From IMG/VR virus record IMGVR_UViG_3300045580_000309, positions 1 to 57,982 of that record: DNA of 57,982 nucleotides, one strand, 5' to 3'. Shown one piece after another: positions 37,477 through 48,889 of this stretch. The DNA is from a virus (lineage: Duplodnaviria > Caudoviricetes). Numbering within the stretch: position 1 is the first letter of the stretch; every line of letters starts with the position of its first letter. The notes under the pieces were generated by a model, which was given only the letters and a program-made list of their open reading frames with translations, searched no databases and was not told where the DNA came from. The position numbers were made by a program, and so were the translations under genes.

Positions 37477-40400
37477 TTACACCACCCCTATTACTCTTAG
37501 GTCTTTAACTTTCGGAACAACAGTACCTGTGTTGCTGTACAGCACAATCTTGATGGCATATCTAGCAAACGGTGTGGCAAACTGCTGATACAACTTGGTG
37601 TATCCTGTAGACGGAACCGTGGACGGTGCGCCTGGATAGTAAACTTCTGGCAAACTGAACGAATATTCTGAGAATGTAACCTCGTCTGTTGCGGTTTGGT
37701 TCACTTGCAGGGGATTCATTTCCATCTTCATCCAGTTCAAGTCATCAAACGGAACATCCGAGTCTGGTGTTTGAATCTTTGCCCATACTTCAACTTTGGT
37801 TTTCACAATACCACCGTCTACGCCAACAATCTCGTAGTTTGGAAGATTGGCACTCAAATACACCTTTAGATCATCACATTCCAATCCGCTGTTCAGATCG
37901 ACTCTACGAGAAATGTAACGGCTAACGGGTCGCGCAGGATCGTCTACTTCGTACAGCGGTCGCGCAGAGAACTCTTCTGTGTAGTTGTCGGTGGCGTCAG
38001 GATCACCAATCAGGTTGTCAATGCAGATCATGCTCAACCGCTCGCTGTCAACGCAGGGAGAAAGGGTAGCATCGGTGTTGGTGAACTCCATTACAAGTTT
38101 ACTGTTGGCGCCCATAGTTACTGCTCTAGGTCTAAACGAGAAGTTTTCGTTTAGAGGAACGACTATTTCTGCCGATGTTGCTGTTTCTTTCACATACGCT
38201 GTAACTGTTCCTGTTTCAAACTTCAGCAACTGTGCTATGATCTTTGCGTTATCTGTCTCGAAGGTTTCTCCTGTTGCGAATCCTTCCACACCTGACACGG
38301 GATTGAACACGATTTGCAGAGGCTCCGTTGTTGTCTTGAACACGCAAGTATTCAAAGCAAACATCAGGTCTGCATTCTGATCTGCACTCCATGTGCTTGC
38401 GTTCTGTGACTTGAAGAACACACCTGCATACGGTTGCTGCGTGATTCTTGCTCCACCAGCACCCAATGCAGTTTCTCCCATTTCTGCAATGTAGCATTCA
38501 TACTCGTTGCTGTTGCTCATTACCACAATCGAATACTCGCCTGGAATCAAGTACACAGGTGAAGAGAACTTGAATCTAGTGTATGTTGCCTGATTGTTGA
38601 TATTGGGAGCGTCTGATCCATCAGATGCCAATGCTTCTGTTATGCTGACATCCTCTGCATTCATCAATACCTCTGCAAAGGGAAGTATCGCAGACGAGTG
38701 CGGATAGCCATTAACCGTTGGTCTGATTTGAACACGAACTGGCGGAGCAGATTCTCCAGTTGGCTTGTTCTTGAAGAACAAATCAACGCTGTGCAACCAT
38801 ACTCCGTTTGGATTCTTAGCAACATCTACCAAGAAGGTCTGTGCTAGTGGGTCTGCCCAACGGATGCTGCTAGTCGAATCTGTCTGAACTCTAGTAACCA
38901 CATCTCTTACTACACGATCTTCTGTCACAGTCTGTCGCGTGATCTTTGGAACGCGAGTAGAGACTATGGTATTTTCCTTAGTCTGTAGCAGTCCTTGAGC
39001 AAAGTAACTTGCATCTCCCGATGTATTGCTCTTTGAAAGATCGTTGGTTGGATCGTCTGTTAGTCTGAACTGTCTTTCGCCAGTCTTGAACACTCCGCCA
39101 GGCAGTCTAAACTCAATCTCTATTTCACCAGCCGAGTTGGTTCTAATAGGATTTGATGGAGTAATTGCGTTACCAACAGAGTCGTAGCAATACTTGTTTA
39201 CTAGGGTGTTATCAAAGAAAGCATAGAGAACTGTGTTTGGTTTCAGTCCCTTACCGACGATAGTGATGGTTCTTTCTCGGATGAAAGGTATCACACTAAC
39301 ATCGACAATTCTATCTCCAAGTTCTTTGGTAACGCGCTGCGGTGTAATGGTTAACTTTACACCCTCTCTAGTTTGCTTTCTGTCGATTGTTTCTGTTACT
39401 AGACTTGTGCGGGTAGTGGTTGTTTCTCTTCTTCTACGCATCACTCTATCCGGCGCGCGTCGAGAGTGAGGAGCATCCAAGAATCTACTGCTTGTCTTTT
39501 CTGCAAGCGTTTCTGTAGTTGAAGCGCGAACACCAGACCATGTGGTTTCCCAATCATTCCATTGGGTTCCAAATGCATTTTGCATTCCTAACCATGCGTC
39601 ATTTTCGCCTTCTAGATTGATGTTCACCGCAGGACGAGTATTTGTGTCTACCCAAGTATCGCTACTTGGAGCAAGGTTTACAGTTCCTAGCCAACTAACC
39701 ACATCGAACGGATTTACGCTGATTGCTCTGCTTGCCAGCGGTTGTACAATGTAGCGATTTGGAGCAGAATCATCGTAAGCCAGGGTAACTACACCATCGG
39801 GTGAAACGCTAAAGTTTGTGTTACCTGTTAGATTGGGAACGAAAGCAACATTCTTGGTTGCAAATCGTGGGCGAAGATGCCCATTTGCAAAATCCATAGA
39901 GCATGAGTAATACGGACTGAATACATTGCCAACTCCGTGTCCCTTAAAGTTGTCAACGAAGATTCCATTCTTGATTCTCTCTGCTCCTCCAAGAGCAGGA
40001 TCAGGAATAGAAAGTTCTGCTGCTTCTTTCTCTAGCAAAGTGAGTGTGGTGTAGTACTCTACCCGTTCGATACGCTTTTCTAGTTTGGCGATATCGCTCA
40101 TGGTGTATCGCTTGTTGTCAATGTAATCCACCGTTACATCTTCTGGACCAAAGGTGTACTGAGGAAGCAAAATGTTGTAGAGAGACATTGACTCAGGAAC
40201 ATCCTTTGGAGACTCAGGGCGAATGCTCGGAATACCCGAAACAATATCGAATGTTCTGTTCTTGAGCAGAACCAGTTTGTCTCTTCTAGAAGTATAGAAC
40301 TGATATGTTATGGTTGGTCGTATTCCACTTGCTCCCAATCTAGGCAGAATGGTTGCAGAGTCTCCGCGTTGAGCAGCAGGAACCATGTTTCCGTTACTTT

Positions 40401-43400
40401 CTGCAATCAGCGAGTTGTCTCGGAATGGGCAGTCTGTATCCAATGCGTGTGGTCTGTTTGTTGTGCCTGGAATTGTAGGATCAACGGTTTCGACCGACTC
40501 AGCAATAGCATACGCAACTCTGGCTGGAGTGCAGTTTTCTCTAGAAGGTCTGTAGTCGATGCAGTTTCTTAGTTCGTATGTTGAACCGTAAACTGGACTA
40601 GTATACAGCGGAATGTCTTCGTACTCGTTAAAGAACGGATGATGGTCTTCGTGAGTGTATGAGTTTATCGTGAATGGTCCGCTTCCGCTGTGCTTGAAGA
40701 ACTTGAAGCGCACAAACAGAGTGTAATCAACAAATCCGCCAGAGTTTCTAAAGAGATTTGGTAGTTCTGTCTTTAGTTTTCTGAGTGTTGCTTTGCTTAT
40801 TACTATCTTTCCGTGGTCATAGAAGTTGTCGGTTGCCCCACTTATAGACTCGAAGTATGCCGTGATGTCTCGCTTTCCGTTGTGAACCATACCAGTAGTA
40901 TCGTTCACCGTGTTGTCCCAAGCAAGAACCTCATCAACCGAGATGATATCTGAGAATCCTAGACTAGTGATATACTGTTCTGGCAAAGAACTACCGTTGA
41001 AACCATTCTGATTATTGGTGTCATCGTCGTCGCCTGTCCAATCGTTCCAAACATTAGTTCCTTCCGAGAATCCGTCTTCTACATTGAAAGGATCGAACGA
41101 GGTGCTGTTGTTTTGAGCAAACAGTCCGTCCCAGTTTTGTAGTGGAACGCGGAAGTATCCGTCCGAGTCAAAGTACTTTTCCCATTCTTCCTTGTACTGA
41201 TATTCGTTTACTGTAGTTGCCGTTTTCTTTCTGAAGTTTGTAGTTGTTACTCCAGTTCCAACGCTCTGGCAGCGCACGGGTGCCTCTAGGCTGAATGTTC
41301 CTGTGGGCGCTGCACCCTGATAGATCACATACATGGTCTTTCCATCTGAACTGGTTGCTGCCTGTATATCAGACGGTGGAATGTACTGGTTTGTGTTTGT
41401 GTTAAAGATCAGCAGATCGTTTAGCGTATCGACGCTTACATCGTAGTAGGTGCCTGCACCCAATGCGGTGGACAGTTGCGAACTAAGACTAGTTGTGGTT
41501 CCACGGTTGAAGGTATACAGCGTTTTGTTTTCGCTTGCTGTGTTTGTGGATTGAGCATTTGCCACAACACCAGGCAGCGTAGTGGTATTGCAGAGAACTA
41601 CAAGAGTACCGTAGTTCTTCCATGTAAGGCCTGGTGTATTGATTGCTGCTGTTCCATCTCCTGCAATGCTCAGGGTGTTTGCAAATGTTTTCTTGCAGTC
41701 GTACTGCGTTGTTGCAAAGGCATCAATGCCCTTAACCGAGCATAGTGTTGGTAGATCAAACAAGGCGATATTTGCTTTGGGAGCAAACAGAATCGTATCG
41801 TAGTAGTAGATTGGTGTTTCTGAAGGTGGTTGGTTTGTTACTGGATCAATCACCTCGTACTTGATGGTTCCTCCAGTTCCTGCAGGACCGCCAGTCAGAG
41901 AGATATTGAAGAGTTCAATAGACCCTCCCATTTCATCTCCAGTAATTACCGTGTCTTCTACATTTGCATAGCGATAGCGGATTTGGTCAAAGTCTGTGAA
42001 GTATCTGCCTGGAATCACATCAACATCGCACAGGAACACATTAATATTGTCAGACTCTCCTGTATTTGTAACTCCTCGTACTCTTGCAGTACCGATCAAT
42101 ACATTTCCAGGACCAGTAATAGGATCGTTTGGTTCCAATCCGTCTGGGCGCAAGGTGTTCCACAACTCAACCTTTGGTAGAGAACTCCACGAAGGCAGCA
42201 CCAAACTATCGGGGCCTGTAACATCTCCCGTGATTGGCGCTTGGCAAATCACATAGTTTCCTATTGCGAATTGAACAGTTTCACCAACAGAAGACTCTGT
42301 ATCTCTTGCCTTGTCTACGGTCAGATACTTTGTGTTCTGATTGTCAAACTCGTATCCGTAGATGTAGGCCTTTCCAGTACCAACACCGATGGAGAGTTTG
42401 CTCTTGGCATCATTAACTGCCGCTCGTATCTCTTCAGAGGTTGGGTCTTGCTGCGGATTTGCACTAGCCCACTCGGGATGGAGTCTTCCCAATGAGTACT
42501 TTCCTGCAAATCTGCTGTCTGTGTAGGTTCCAACATGAGGAAACTGGGTCTTGTACAGTACTTTACTGCCTCCCTGTTGAGGCAATACTGTTCTAGGAGT
42601 CGATCCTTCAGTTGGAGTTATTACTGTATACAGAGATGGCTCTACATCTTCAACTGTCGGAATTTCTGAGGTGTAGAACGCGAGGCCTCCGCTTTGTGAA
42701 ACCGATTCTGATACGATGATATCGCCCTCTGCGGGAGTTCCCCAAAGAACATACAGCAAGGTTGTCCCGTAACCTTCTTCCTTGAAATCAATTTCACCTT
42801 GTCTTGCCAAGAAAGCGTCTGAGTCAGAAACAATACCCTTCCACGCCAATGCCCCGCCGCGGTATCCGTACACACTCAAATCCTGTGCATACGAATTCTG
42901 TGAACCTGCTCCGCCTGGAGAAGAAACTGTATACTGAACCGTATCAATTCCAACATACTGCTTGTAGATTGAGAACGGAGTTTCTTGCTGATTTACAGTC
43001 AATAGTTTGTCGGGATTCAGTCTTAGGATACAAACCTTTTCATCGTTGAAATACTCTTGAATATCGACTTCAAATGGCTTAACTGTGTACGATCCTGATT
43101 CGTCGTAGGTTCTTCTAGCAAGAGTTTCTTCCAACTCGCTATAGACGGGATACTTCACAGAATAGCGAACGACTCCATCGACAACTCGTGTTAGTTCGAT
43201 GAAGTTTTCTGTCTTGTACTGGTCAGAGTCTGACAAAGAATCAAGATTGGTAAACGGAATCTGATCCAGTATCAGATCAACTTTGTAGCGATCTGCGCCT
43301 GGTGCAGCGTAGTTGTACGATCCGTATGCAGGATCAAGAAGAGTTTTGTCGTCGTCTGCATTGATTACTTCGCGGTTAATGGTAAAGCCAACACGGACAG

Positions 43401-44370
43401 ACGGATACTGGAACAGTCTTACACCAGTAAGAGCATTCAGCACCGTTGAATCTGATCCAGTTACAAATGTCCATCCGATGCTGTTTGAATCTGGTCCTGG
43501 AGCAGAAGACCATTCTGCCTCGACAGCATCAGTTCCTTGCCAGTCTCCACCAAACACAGTACTTCCAAGTCTTGCTGACCTGTATAGTGCTTTGGTTTGA
43601 GAACTTGCTAGAACAAAAGCACCGTCCACATAGTAGATACCATCTCTGTTGGAAATGAGTTGTGCTTTTCCAAATGTTGCTATTGCTCTTTCTACTTCTG
43701 CTTCTGTGCCTTCTCCATCAACATCTTCTCCGAAGTTCTTGATGCGGCAGCGAATGTCCGTAGCAACCTCTTGGTTGGAGTCGTCCACCACAGAGTACAC
43801 GGTAAGCACTTTGCCAGCGCCTGTTACCAGTTCGTATAGGTCTTGTAGTGTGGAAACATTTTGCAATTCACCTGTTGATGGGTTTATCACGGTTGCAGTA
43901 TTCAGATACTCAACAAACAGCACATGGTAGTTGTCGGGATACAGACCGTCATTGGTTCCGTCTGCGTCTAGGTCCGTGTTTGCAGCGATTGATGCTTCAG
44001 CGTGCAACACCTTCATTTTGAGTTGTGGGGAACCGCTTACTCCACCAGTATTGGCAATAACCTTTCCAATAAACTTGGTAGGATCGACTGCAACCTGATC
44101 CGTGGTTTCCGTTCCAGTAATGGTTGTGTACACGCGAATAAAGTTTGAGTCGATCAGAGCCAACTGACCGTCAACAACAGGACTTCCATCCTTAAACACA
44201 TGATTGGCAAATCTACTGATTTGCTTCTGTAGAACCGTTTGCAGTTGAGTCAGTTCTCTTGCCTGTAGAGCGTATCCAGGCTTGAACAGCATCTTGATGA
44301 ACTTCTTTGCATCTGAGTAGTCATCGTAATACGGAAAGCCTGCAAATTGTGTTGGATCTATTTCTGCCAT
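37477..44370 (-). CDS. Large baseplate-associated structural protein (DUF4815/VrlC-like, 2297 aa)
   Basis: PYYDDY...LFKPGYALQARELTQLQT.LQ.QI, APGADRYK, LARRTYDESG.Y.V.PF, KRYTM.DI.KLEKRI..VEYYT.L.LLE, KNGIFVDNF, DPLAQTF; follows gp8 as in cyanophage-type genomes. Confidence 0.85.
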   Translation of the reverse strand: MAEIDPTQFAGFPYYDDYSDAKKFIKMLFKPGYALQARELTQLQTVLQKQISRFANHVFKDGSPVVDGQLALIDSNFIRVYTTITGTETTDQVAVDPTKFIGKVIANTGGVSGSPQLKMKVLHAEASIAANTDLDADGTNDGLYPDNYHVLFVEYLNTATVINPSTGELQNVSTLQDLYELVTGAGKVLTVYSVVDDSNQEVATDIRCRIKNFGEDVDGEGTEAEVERAIATFGKAQLISNRDGIYYVDGAFVLASSQTKALYRSARLGSTVFGGDWQGTDAVEAEWSSAPGPDSNSIGWTFVTGSDSTVLNALTGVRLFQYPSVRVGFTINREVINADDDKTLLDPAYGSYNYAAPGADRYKVDLILDQIPFTNLDSLSDSDQYKTENFIELTRVVDGVVRYSVKYPVYSELEETLARRTYDESGSYTVKPFEVDIQEYFNDEKVCILRLNPDKLLTVNQQETPFSIYKQYVGIDTVQYTVSSPGGAGSQNSYAQDLSVYGYRGGALAWKGIVSDSDAFLARQGEIDFKEEGYGTTLLYVLWGTPAEGDIIVSESVSQSGGLAFYTSEIPTVEDVEPSLYTVITPTEGSTPRTVLPQQGGSKVLYKTQFPHVGTYTDSRFAGKYSLGRLHPEWASANPQQDPTSEEIRAAVNDAKSKLSIGVGTGKAYIYGYEFDNQNTKYLTVDKARDTESSVGETVQFAIGNYVICQAPITGDVTGPDSLVLPSWSSLPKVELWNTLRPDGLEPNDPITGPGNVLIGTARVRGVTNTGESDNINVFLCDVDVIPGRYFTDFDQIRYRYANVEDTVITGDEMGGSIELFNISLTGGPAGTGGTIKYEVIDPVTNQPPSETPIYYYDTILFAPKANIALFDLPTLCSVKGIDAFATTQYDCKKTFANTLSIAGDGTAAINTPGLTWKNYGTLVVLCNTTTLPGVVANAQSTNTASENKTLYTFNRGTTTSLSSQLSTALGAGTYYDVSVDTLNDLLIFNTNTNQYIPPSDIQAATSSDGKTMYVIYQGAAPTGTFSLEAPVRCQSVGTGVTTTNFRKKTATTVNEYQYKEEWEKYFDSDGYFRVPLQNWDGLFAQNNSTSFDPFNVEDGFSEGTNVWNDWTGDDDDTNNQNGFNGSSLPEQYITSLGFSDIISVDEVLAWDNTVNDTTGMVHNGKRDITAYFESISGATDNFYDHGKIVISKATLRKLKTELPNLFRNSGGFVDYTLFVRFKFFKHSGSGPFTINSYTHEDHHPFFNEYEDIPLYTSPVYGSTYELRNCIDYRPSRENCTPARVAYAIAESVETVDPTIPGTTNRPHALDTDCPFRDNSLIAESNGNMVPAAQRGDSATILPRLGASGIRPTITYQFYTSRRDKLVLLKNRTFDIVSGIPSIRPESPKDVPESMSLYNILLPQYTFGPEDVTVDYIDNKRYTMSDIAKLEKRIERVEYYTTLTLLEKEAAELSIPDPALGGAERIKNGIFVDNFKGHGVGNVFSPYYSCSMDFANGHLRPRFATKNVAFVPNLTGNTNFSVSPDGVVTLAYDDSAPNRYIVQPLASRAISVNPFDVVSWLGTVNLAPSSDTWVDTNTRPAVNINLEGENDAWLGMQNAFGTQWNDWETTWSGVRASTTETLAEKTSSRFLDAPHSRRAPDRVMRRRRETTTTRTSLVTETIDRKQTREGVKLTITPQRVTKELGDRIVDVSVIPFIRERTITIVGKGLKPNTVLYAFFDNTLVNKYCYDSVGNAITPSNPIRTNSAGEIEIEFRLPGGVFKTGERQFRLTDDPTNDLSKSNTSGDASYFAQGLLQTKENTIVSTRVPKITRQTVTEDRVVRDVVTRVQTDSTSSIRWADPLAQTFLVDVAKNPNGVWLHSVDLFFKNKPTGESAPPVRVQIRPTVNGYPHSSAILPFAEVLMNAEDVSITEALASDGSDAPNINNQATYTRFKFSSPVYLIPGEYSIVVMSNSNEYECYIAEMGETALGAGGARITQQPYAGVFFKSQNASTWSADQNADLMFALNTCVFKTTTEPLQIVFNPVSGVEGFATGETFETDNAKIIAQLLKFETGTVTAYVKETATSAEIVVPLNENFSFRPRAVTMGANSKLVMEFTNTDATLSPCVDSERLSMICIDNLIGDPDATDNYTEEFSARPLYEVDDPARPVSRYISRRVDLNSGLECDDLKVYLSANLPNYEIVGVDGGIVKTKVEVWAKIQTPDSDVPFDDLNWMKMEMNPLQVNQTATDEVTFSEYSFSLPEVYYPGAPSTVPSTGYTKLYQQFATPFARYAIKIVLYSNTGTVVPKVKDLRVIGVV

Positions 44371-44380
44371 TCTTAGTCCT

Positions 44381-46897
44381 TTAGAACCTTAGAATCAACT
44401 TGAATTCCTCAAGTCGCTCAGGATTACGGATAATTGCCCTTGTGTTGTCTATGTATACCACTTCTCCGCTGCCTATTTTGAGATCAGGCTTGGTAACATC
44501 GGGAGTTGGTGAAGCGTAATCGGGGTTCTCTGCAACCTCAAACAAAAACTGCGGTTGTCCGTTTTCATCGCTTCCAAATCCAATCAGAATGCCTTGTTTA
44601 GTGGATTGGTCAAACAGAGGGAATGTGCGATTCCATCCACGGGCGGAAGTGAGTTCCAAATACACTTCTTGGGTTCCTCCGCCTTCTTGTACTGTGTAGT
44701 TAACCACAGAAGCAGTACCAATATCCGAGTATTCTGCGTTTGTTGCTCCAGCCGTTCCTGTTACCAGTTGCAGGATGCGAAGAGTGCTGTCTAGAGACAG
44801 ATACGACACGCTATTTTCATCAAACAGGGATGGATTGCTGTCTATGCCTACGGTGTTCACGCGGAAAGTTTGGTTGTATGTGGTTCTGTTTACTGTTTCT
44901 CTCTGAGGATCGCCAGAAACTACTCCAACATTGAGTTCTCTTACTCCAGTTGAACTTACATTGGAGTCTGTTAGCAATCCCGAATATCCGTTTGCTGTTC
45001 CTACCTGAATCACTCTTTCACCTGGCACAAAGTTTCCATCGGAATCAATGGTTGCTCCACGGAATCTTCCGTTAACATCACTCAGAATCAGATATCCGTC
45101 TATACCAAGCGGACCAACTTCCCATCCAATTATTCTGGCAGTTGCCAACGATTCCACACCAACGATGAACTTGCCAGCGTCGAATGTTTCGTCGGTATAC
45201 CCCAATGTTGGTACAAAGTTGTCGTCTTCTTGGAACCAGTTGTACTGTGGTCCAATATACTGACCGTTTGCGTCCAATCCAGAGATTGCCTTGGTGGAAT
45301 CGTTGATAAACACAGAATCGTCTATGGGTTCTAGGTACAGATAGCCAGTTGGATCGCCTCCAGTTACTGAATCACAGCATTCTCCCTGCGATACGGATAC
45401 TGGAGGTAGCCATCGCACAACAATACCCTTTGCTCCACCAACCTGACTAACCAGTTGTCCTGGCTTGAAGTCTCCACCTATTGCTGTATAGGTGTGTCTG
45501 TCTGCAACAGCAGAAGATGAGAACTTGATCTTTACCACAATGACTTCTGGCTTAGAAATTCTCAAACGGTATCCGTCAATATCAGCAGTTCCTGCGAGTT
45601 GTCCCACAAGATCGCCTCTGCCTATTAGTGGATTTCTGATAAGGCCAAACTGCCTAAAGTTGTTAATGCTTGGCAAATCGCCTGCGATTCCTGCCCGTGT
45701 TGAACAGAAAATCATCAACTCGCTGTTGCCTAGTTCAGTTACTGCATTCGATCCATGTCCACCAGGCGGGGAAATTACAGCACGCACAACTGGTCTTCTC
45801 ACCGCAGGTCCTACTCGAATCGTAGCGTTTGTGTAGTTTTTGCCACCACGAAGTATCTGAATGTCTTCTATCTGATAGGTGACATCGCAATTAGCACCAG
45901 TTACCTCTTCCATTTTGCATAGTAGTTGACAACCAGTTCCATCTCCGTACACCTTTGCTGTTGGCAGCAACTGGAATCCTGTTCTACTCACACCAGACGC
46001 TTCTTCAGAAACAGAAGATATTGGGCGTATCAGAGGATCTTTTAGAGTCAGTTTTAGCAAACCTCCGACGAATTCCGAACCAAGTATCTCACATATTTGT
46101 CCTGCACCCATACCTTCCGAGAAATAGATGCTGTAACCAACCAACGAGTTTGCTTGACTGATGCGAAGGCCTGCGGGATTGATAAGCACTTCGGTTGCTC
46201 CAATGTAGGCAGGAGCAGACACATATTGGTTCAGAGCAATGCTAGTGAACGGGAAACTGTCTCCAAGAGACTCTAGAATTACATTCTCTATGCTACCAGG
46301 CACAGCAGAGTTCTGTACAGCAAGTTGTAAAGACCGCACATTGGAAGTTCCACCGCTGAAGCCAAATCCCTCTTCTACAAACTCTACTGGAATCTTGGTA
46401 TCGGTTGCAAACTTGTAATACAGATCATCAGGAATCTGATACATGAACTTCCAACGGTATCCGTCAGAAGTGCAAAAGGTGCTTGTTGAAGTGGATGTTG
46501 GTTGAACGGTCGATGGTGAGTCGTTTCCGTTCGAGATACACTTGTAAACTTTGTTTTCTGATGTACACACATAGAACTGCTTGGGACTAAATGGATTTGC
46601 CAAGTTTATTGAGTCGTCATACTGGGTGTATACGACACCGCTTTGCCATTGATTTCTTGGAATAACCAAGCAAACATCCGATCTACCGATACGAATGCAT
46701 CCCATCATGTCCAACCAGGCGTCCAAGTCGCTTCTAACGCAGTCCACCACCAAGTTTGGTCTATTCTCGTTTTCCCACTCTGTATTCTTTCCAAAGAACA
46801 AGAAGTAGCGAGATGGTGATAGGGCGTCAAAGTCATCAAGAAGACTTTGAGCCATGGTTGATCTGAATGCGTTTCTGATGCGTGTATCGAATGCCAT
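44381..46897 (-). CDS. gp8: Baseplate wedge protein, gp8-like (expanded, 838 aa)
   Basis: IPRNQWQSG.VY..YDD, FYV.TSE.KVYKCISN, DGYRWKFMY, ISPPGGHG.NA..EL, FRQFGLI.NP, SGEVVYIDN...I.R...R.EEFKLIL.F. Confidence 0.9.
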   Translation of the reverse strand: MAFDTRIRNAFRSTMAQSLLDDFDALSPSRYFLFFGKNTEWENENRPNLVVDCVRSDLDAWLDMMGCIRIGRSDVCLVIPRNQWQSGVVYTQYDDSINLANPFSPKQFYVCTSENKVYKCISNGNDSPSTVQPTSTSTSTFCTSDGYRWKFMYQIPDDLYYKFATDTKIPVEFVEEGFGFSGGTSNVRSLQLAVQNSAVPGSIENVILESLGDSFPFTSIALNQYVSAPAYIGATEVLINPAGLRISQANSLVGYSIYFSEGMGAGQICEILGSEFVGGLLKLTLKDPLIRPISSVSEEASGVSRTGFQLLPTAKVYGDGTGCQLLCKMEEVTGANCDVTYQIEDIQILRGGKNYTNATIRVGPAVRRPVVRAVISPPGGHGSNAVTELGNSELMIFCSTRAGIAGDLPSINNFRQFGLIRNPLIGRGDLVGQLAGTADIDGYRLRISKPEVIVVKIKFSSSAVADRHTYTAIGGDFKPGQLVSQVGGAKGIVVRWLPPVSVSQGECCDSVTGGDPTGYLYLEPIDDSVFINDSTKAISGLDANGQYIGPQYNWFQEDDNFVPTLGYTDETFDAGKFIVGVESLATARIIGWEVGPLGIDGYLILSDVNGRFRGATIDSDGNFVPGERVIQVGTANGYSGLLTDSNVSSTGVRELNVGVVSGDPQRETVNRTTYNQTFRVNTVGIDSNPSLFDENSVSYLSLDSTLRILQLVTGTAGATNAEYSDIGTASVVNYTVQEGGGTQEVYLELTSARGWNRTFPLFDQSTKQGILIGFGSDENGQPQFLFEVAENPDYASPTPDVTKPDLKIGSGEVVYIDNTRAIIRNPERLEEFKLILRF

Positions 46898-46925
46898 CTA
46901 GTTCTGCCCTCTGTGTATCTATGCT

Positions 46926-48881
46926 CTATTGCGTTGTGGTTGATGTCGAAGCACCAGTTTGGCCAGGAGCATTGTTTGTTTCGGCATCACCTGCTGTTGG
47001 CCCTCCTAACGGAATAACATCTCTAGGCACTCCGCTAGGACTTGCGTACTGCGCTTCCTCTGGCACAAAGTCATCTGCCTCAAAACCATCAAACTTGTTA
47101 ATGTCTGGAGTAAATGTGTGGAAATAGCGGCCGTCTTCCATGTGGAAGAAGTCGTTCAGCACTATACATCCGAAGCGTGTAAAGGCAGGAACTAGAGTAC
47201 CGTTGCTGTTGTAGCATCCTGATAGCGGGATGTTTGTGTATCCTCTGCTGTTTGGATGGCTATAGATTATCCAGTACGGTGCGCTCAAGCAGCAACCAGG
47301 ACCAGTTCCTGTGCATCCTTCCCAAACCTCGTGTTTTGCCTGCAACTCTTCTGTTCCTGTACACCCACCAGTAATATTGTTGGTGAAGATTTGCTCTTCA
47401 TCTGTCAGGTTATGATCTTGCGGCAAGCACCATATATTGTGTACGCCTTGAATCAGACCTTCCGATAGAGGATTGCCAGCAGGGTCATGTGGAACTTGTC
47501 CCCATTCAATTGCAGGTCCGATACTCGGATTGTATCCTTCGGGATACAAGTCTATTCCTGCACTATTGTTTCTCAAGTTCTCGTAGGTCTTTACTCGGTA
47601 AGGAGTGTAGTGACCAATGATGGGGTCTTCGTATGTTAGTACGAAGGTTCTGTCGTCTACTCTGTATCCCGAAATTCTGTACAGGTACTGCTGTGCAAAC
47701 ACGGCCATTCCTGCGGGGTGGATGAGTTTCTTGATGGTTTCTACCCATCTATCAAATGACTCTTCTGTTTTAACAACATACGAAAAGTCCTGATAGAAAT
47801 AGTTGTCTTGCAGTTTCTTTTTGGATGACGGATGCCCGTCATCGTTCACATAGTATCCGTAGTCTGTAAGAACTGCTCCGAATACGGGAGTAACCCGTAG
47901 TCCTCTTCCGATTTCTGAGCGCACTACTGCTTTCCAATCTGATGGATTGTAGTTGACTCCTGTATCAAGCACTCTGAATTTTCTAGCAGGTCCTCGAGCG
48001 TCGCTTTCTCCAGTTTTGCTGAAGAATGGACTGTTGATGTAGTCGATCTCTGCAATTTCTGCCTTGGCACCTCCACCTTCGGCGAATCCATACGCCTTGG
48101 TAGGAACAAGTGTCACGGAATCACCTATGCGATACAGGTTCCATCTCTGCGGGAATGTGGTTTCTCCAGTATCGCAGATTTCAAATCCAGTTAGGATGGT
48201 GTAGATGGTTTCTATTACGCTTTCGTAGCCAGATACTTGTATATCTGCTTGTTCATTTGCAGCAAACGAACCAAACAGACCTTGTAAAACGAGTTCTGTT
48301 ACTTCGTAGCCGTTTTGCGTGTATTGGATGATGTCTTTGATTGTGGCATACGCACGAAGTTTTCCAGCACTATCTCTTTGCGAAATAGTACCTCCGTTGT
48401 ACTGAAACAACTTTCTGCCGTTTCTAGATGTCACTTTCATCTTGTAGAGCGTGTTCCACTTTCCGTCAGAGAGTCTGAGGATATCTGTCTTTGGATAGTA
48501 GATTTCTGCGTAAGTGTTGTACAAGATCGTGAACAGGAACTTGTAAGCCTTTTCTGTTCCTTTGGCCTTGTAAAACGAACGAATGTGCTTCATCAGTTTT
48601 CGTTCGTCAAGTACAGCACCAGTTGTTTGATCGAATGCCAGTTCTTTTGGAAAGTTCTTCAGATACTCTTCTCTGAAAAGAGACACAAACGAACTTAGGC
48701 TGTTGTCAATGTCTCTTTGATCCAACAAGGTAAGAGGAGACAGTCTACGGCCTTCTTCCTGTGTCTGCAACCATTCAAAGTACGCTTCCATGAATGCAAC
48801 AAACATCGGGTGATCCGATGCAACAAACTCTGGAACTTGTCCCGAAACAAAGTGTTTCAGTACGCTATCGTAGCCTTGCAT
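46926..48881 (-). CDS. gp7: Baseplate wedge protein, gp7-like
   Basis: QVPEFV..DHP.FV.F..AYFEWL, FYKAKGT, LRLSDGKW, LQDNYFYQDFSYVVK, KKLIHPAGM; between gp6 and gp8. Confidence 0.85.
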   Translation of the reverse strand: MQGYDSVLKHFVSGQVPEFVASDHPMFVAFMEAYFEWLQTQEEGRRLSPLTLLDQRDIDNSLSSFVSLFREEYLKNFPKELAFDQTTGAVLDERKLMKHIRSFYKAKGTEKAYKFLFTILYNTYAEIYYPKTDILRLSDGKWNTLYKMKVTSRNGRKLFQYNGGTISQRDSAGKLRAYATIKDIIQYTQNGYEVTELVLQGLFGSFAANEQADIQVSGYESVIETIYTILTGFEICDTGETTFPQRWNLYRIGDSVTLVPTKAYGFAEGGGAKAEIAEIDYINSPFFSKTGESDARGPARKFRVLDTGVNYNPSDWKAVVRSEIGRGLRVTPVFGAVLTDYGYYVNDDGHPSSKKKLQDNYFYQDFSYVVKTEESFDRWVETIKKLIHPAGMAVFAQQYLYRISGYRVDDRTFVLTYEDPIIGHYTPYRVKTYENLRNNSAGIDLYPEGYNPSIGPAIEWGQVPHDPAGNPLSEGLIQGVHNIWCLPQDHNLTDEEQIFTNNITGGCTGTEELQAKHEVWEGCTGTGPGCCLSAPYWIIYSHPNSRGYTNIPLSGCYNSNGTLVPAFTRFGCIVLNDFFHMEDGRYFHTFTPDINKFDGFEADDFVPEEAQYASPSGVPRDVIPLGGPTAGDAETNNAPGQTGASTSTTTQ

Positions 48882-48889
48882 TAGTTACC

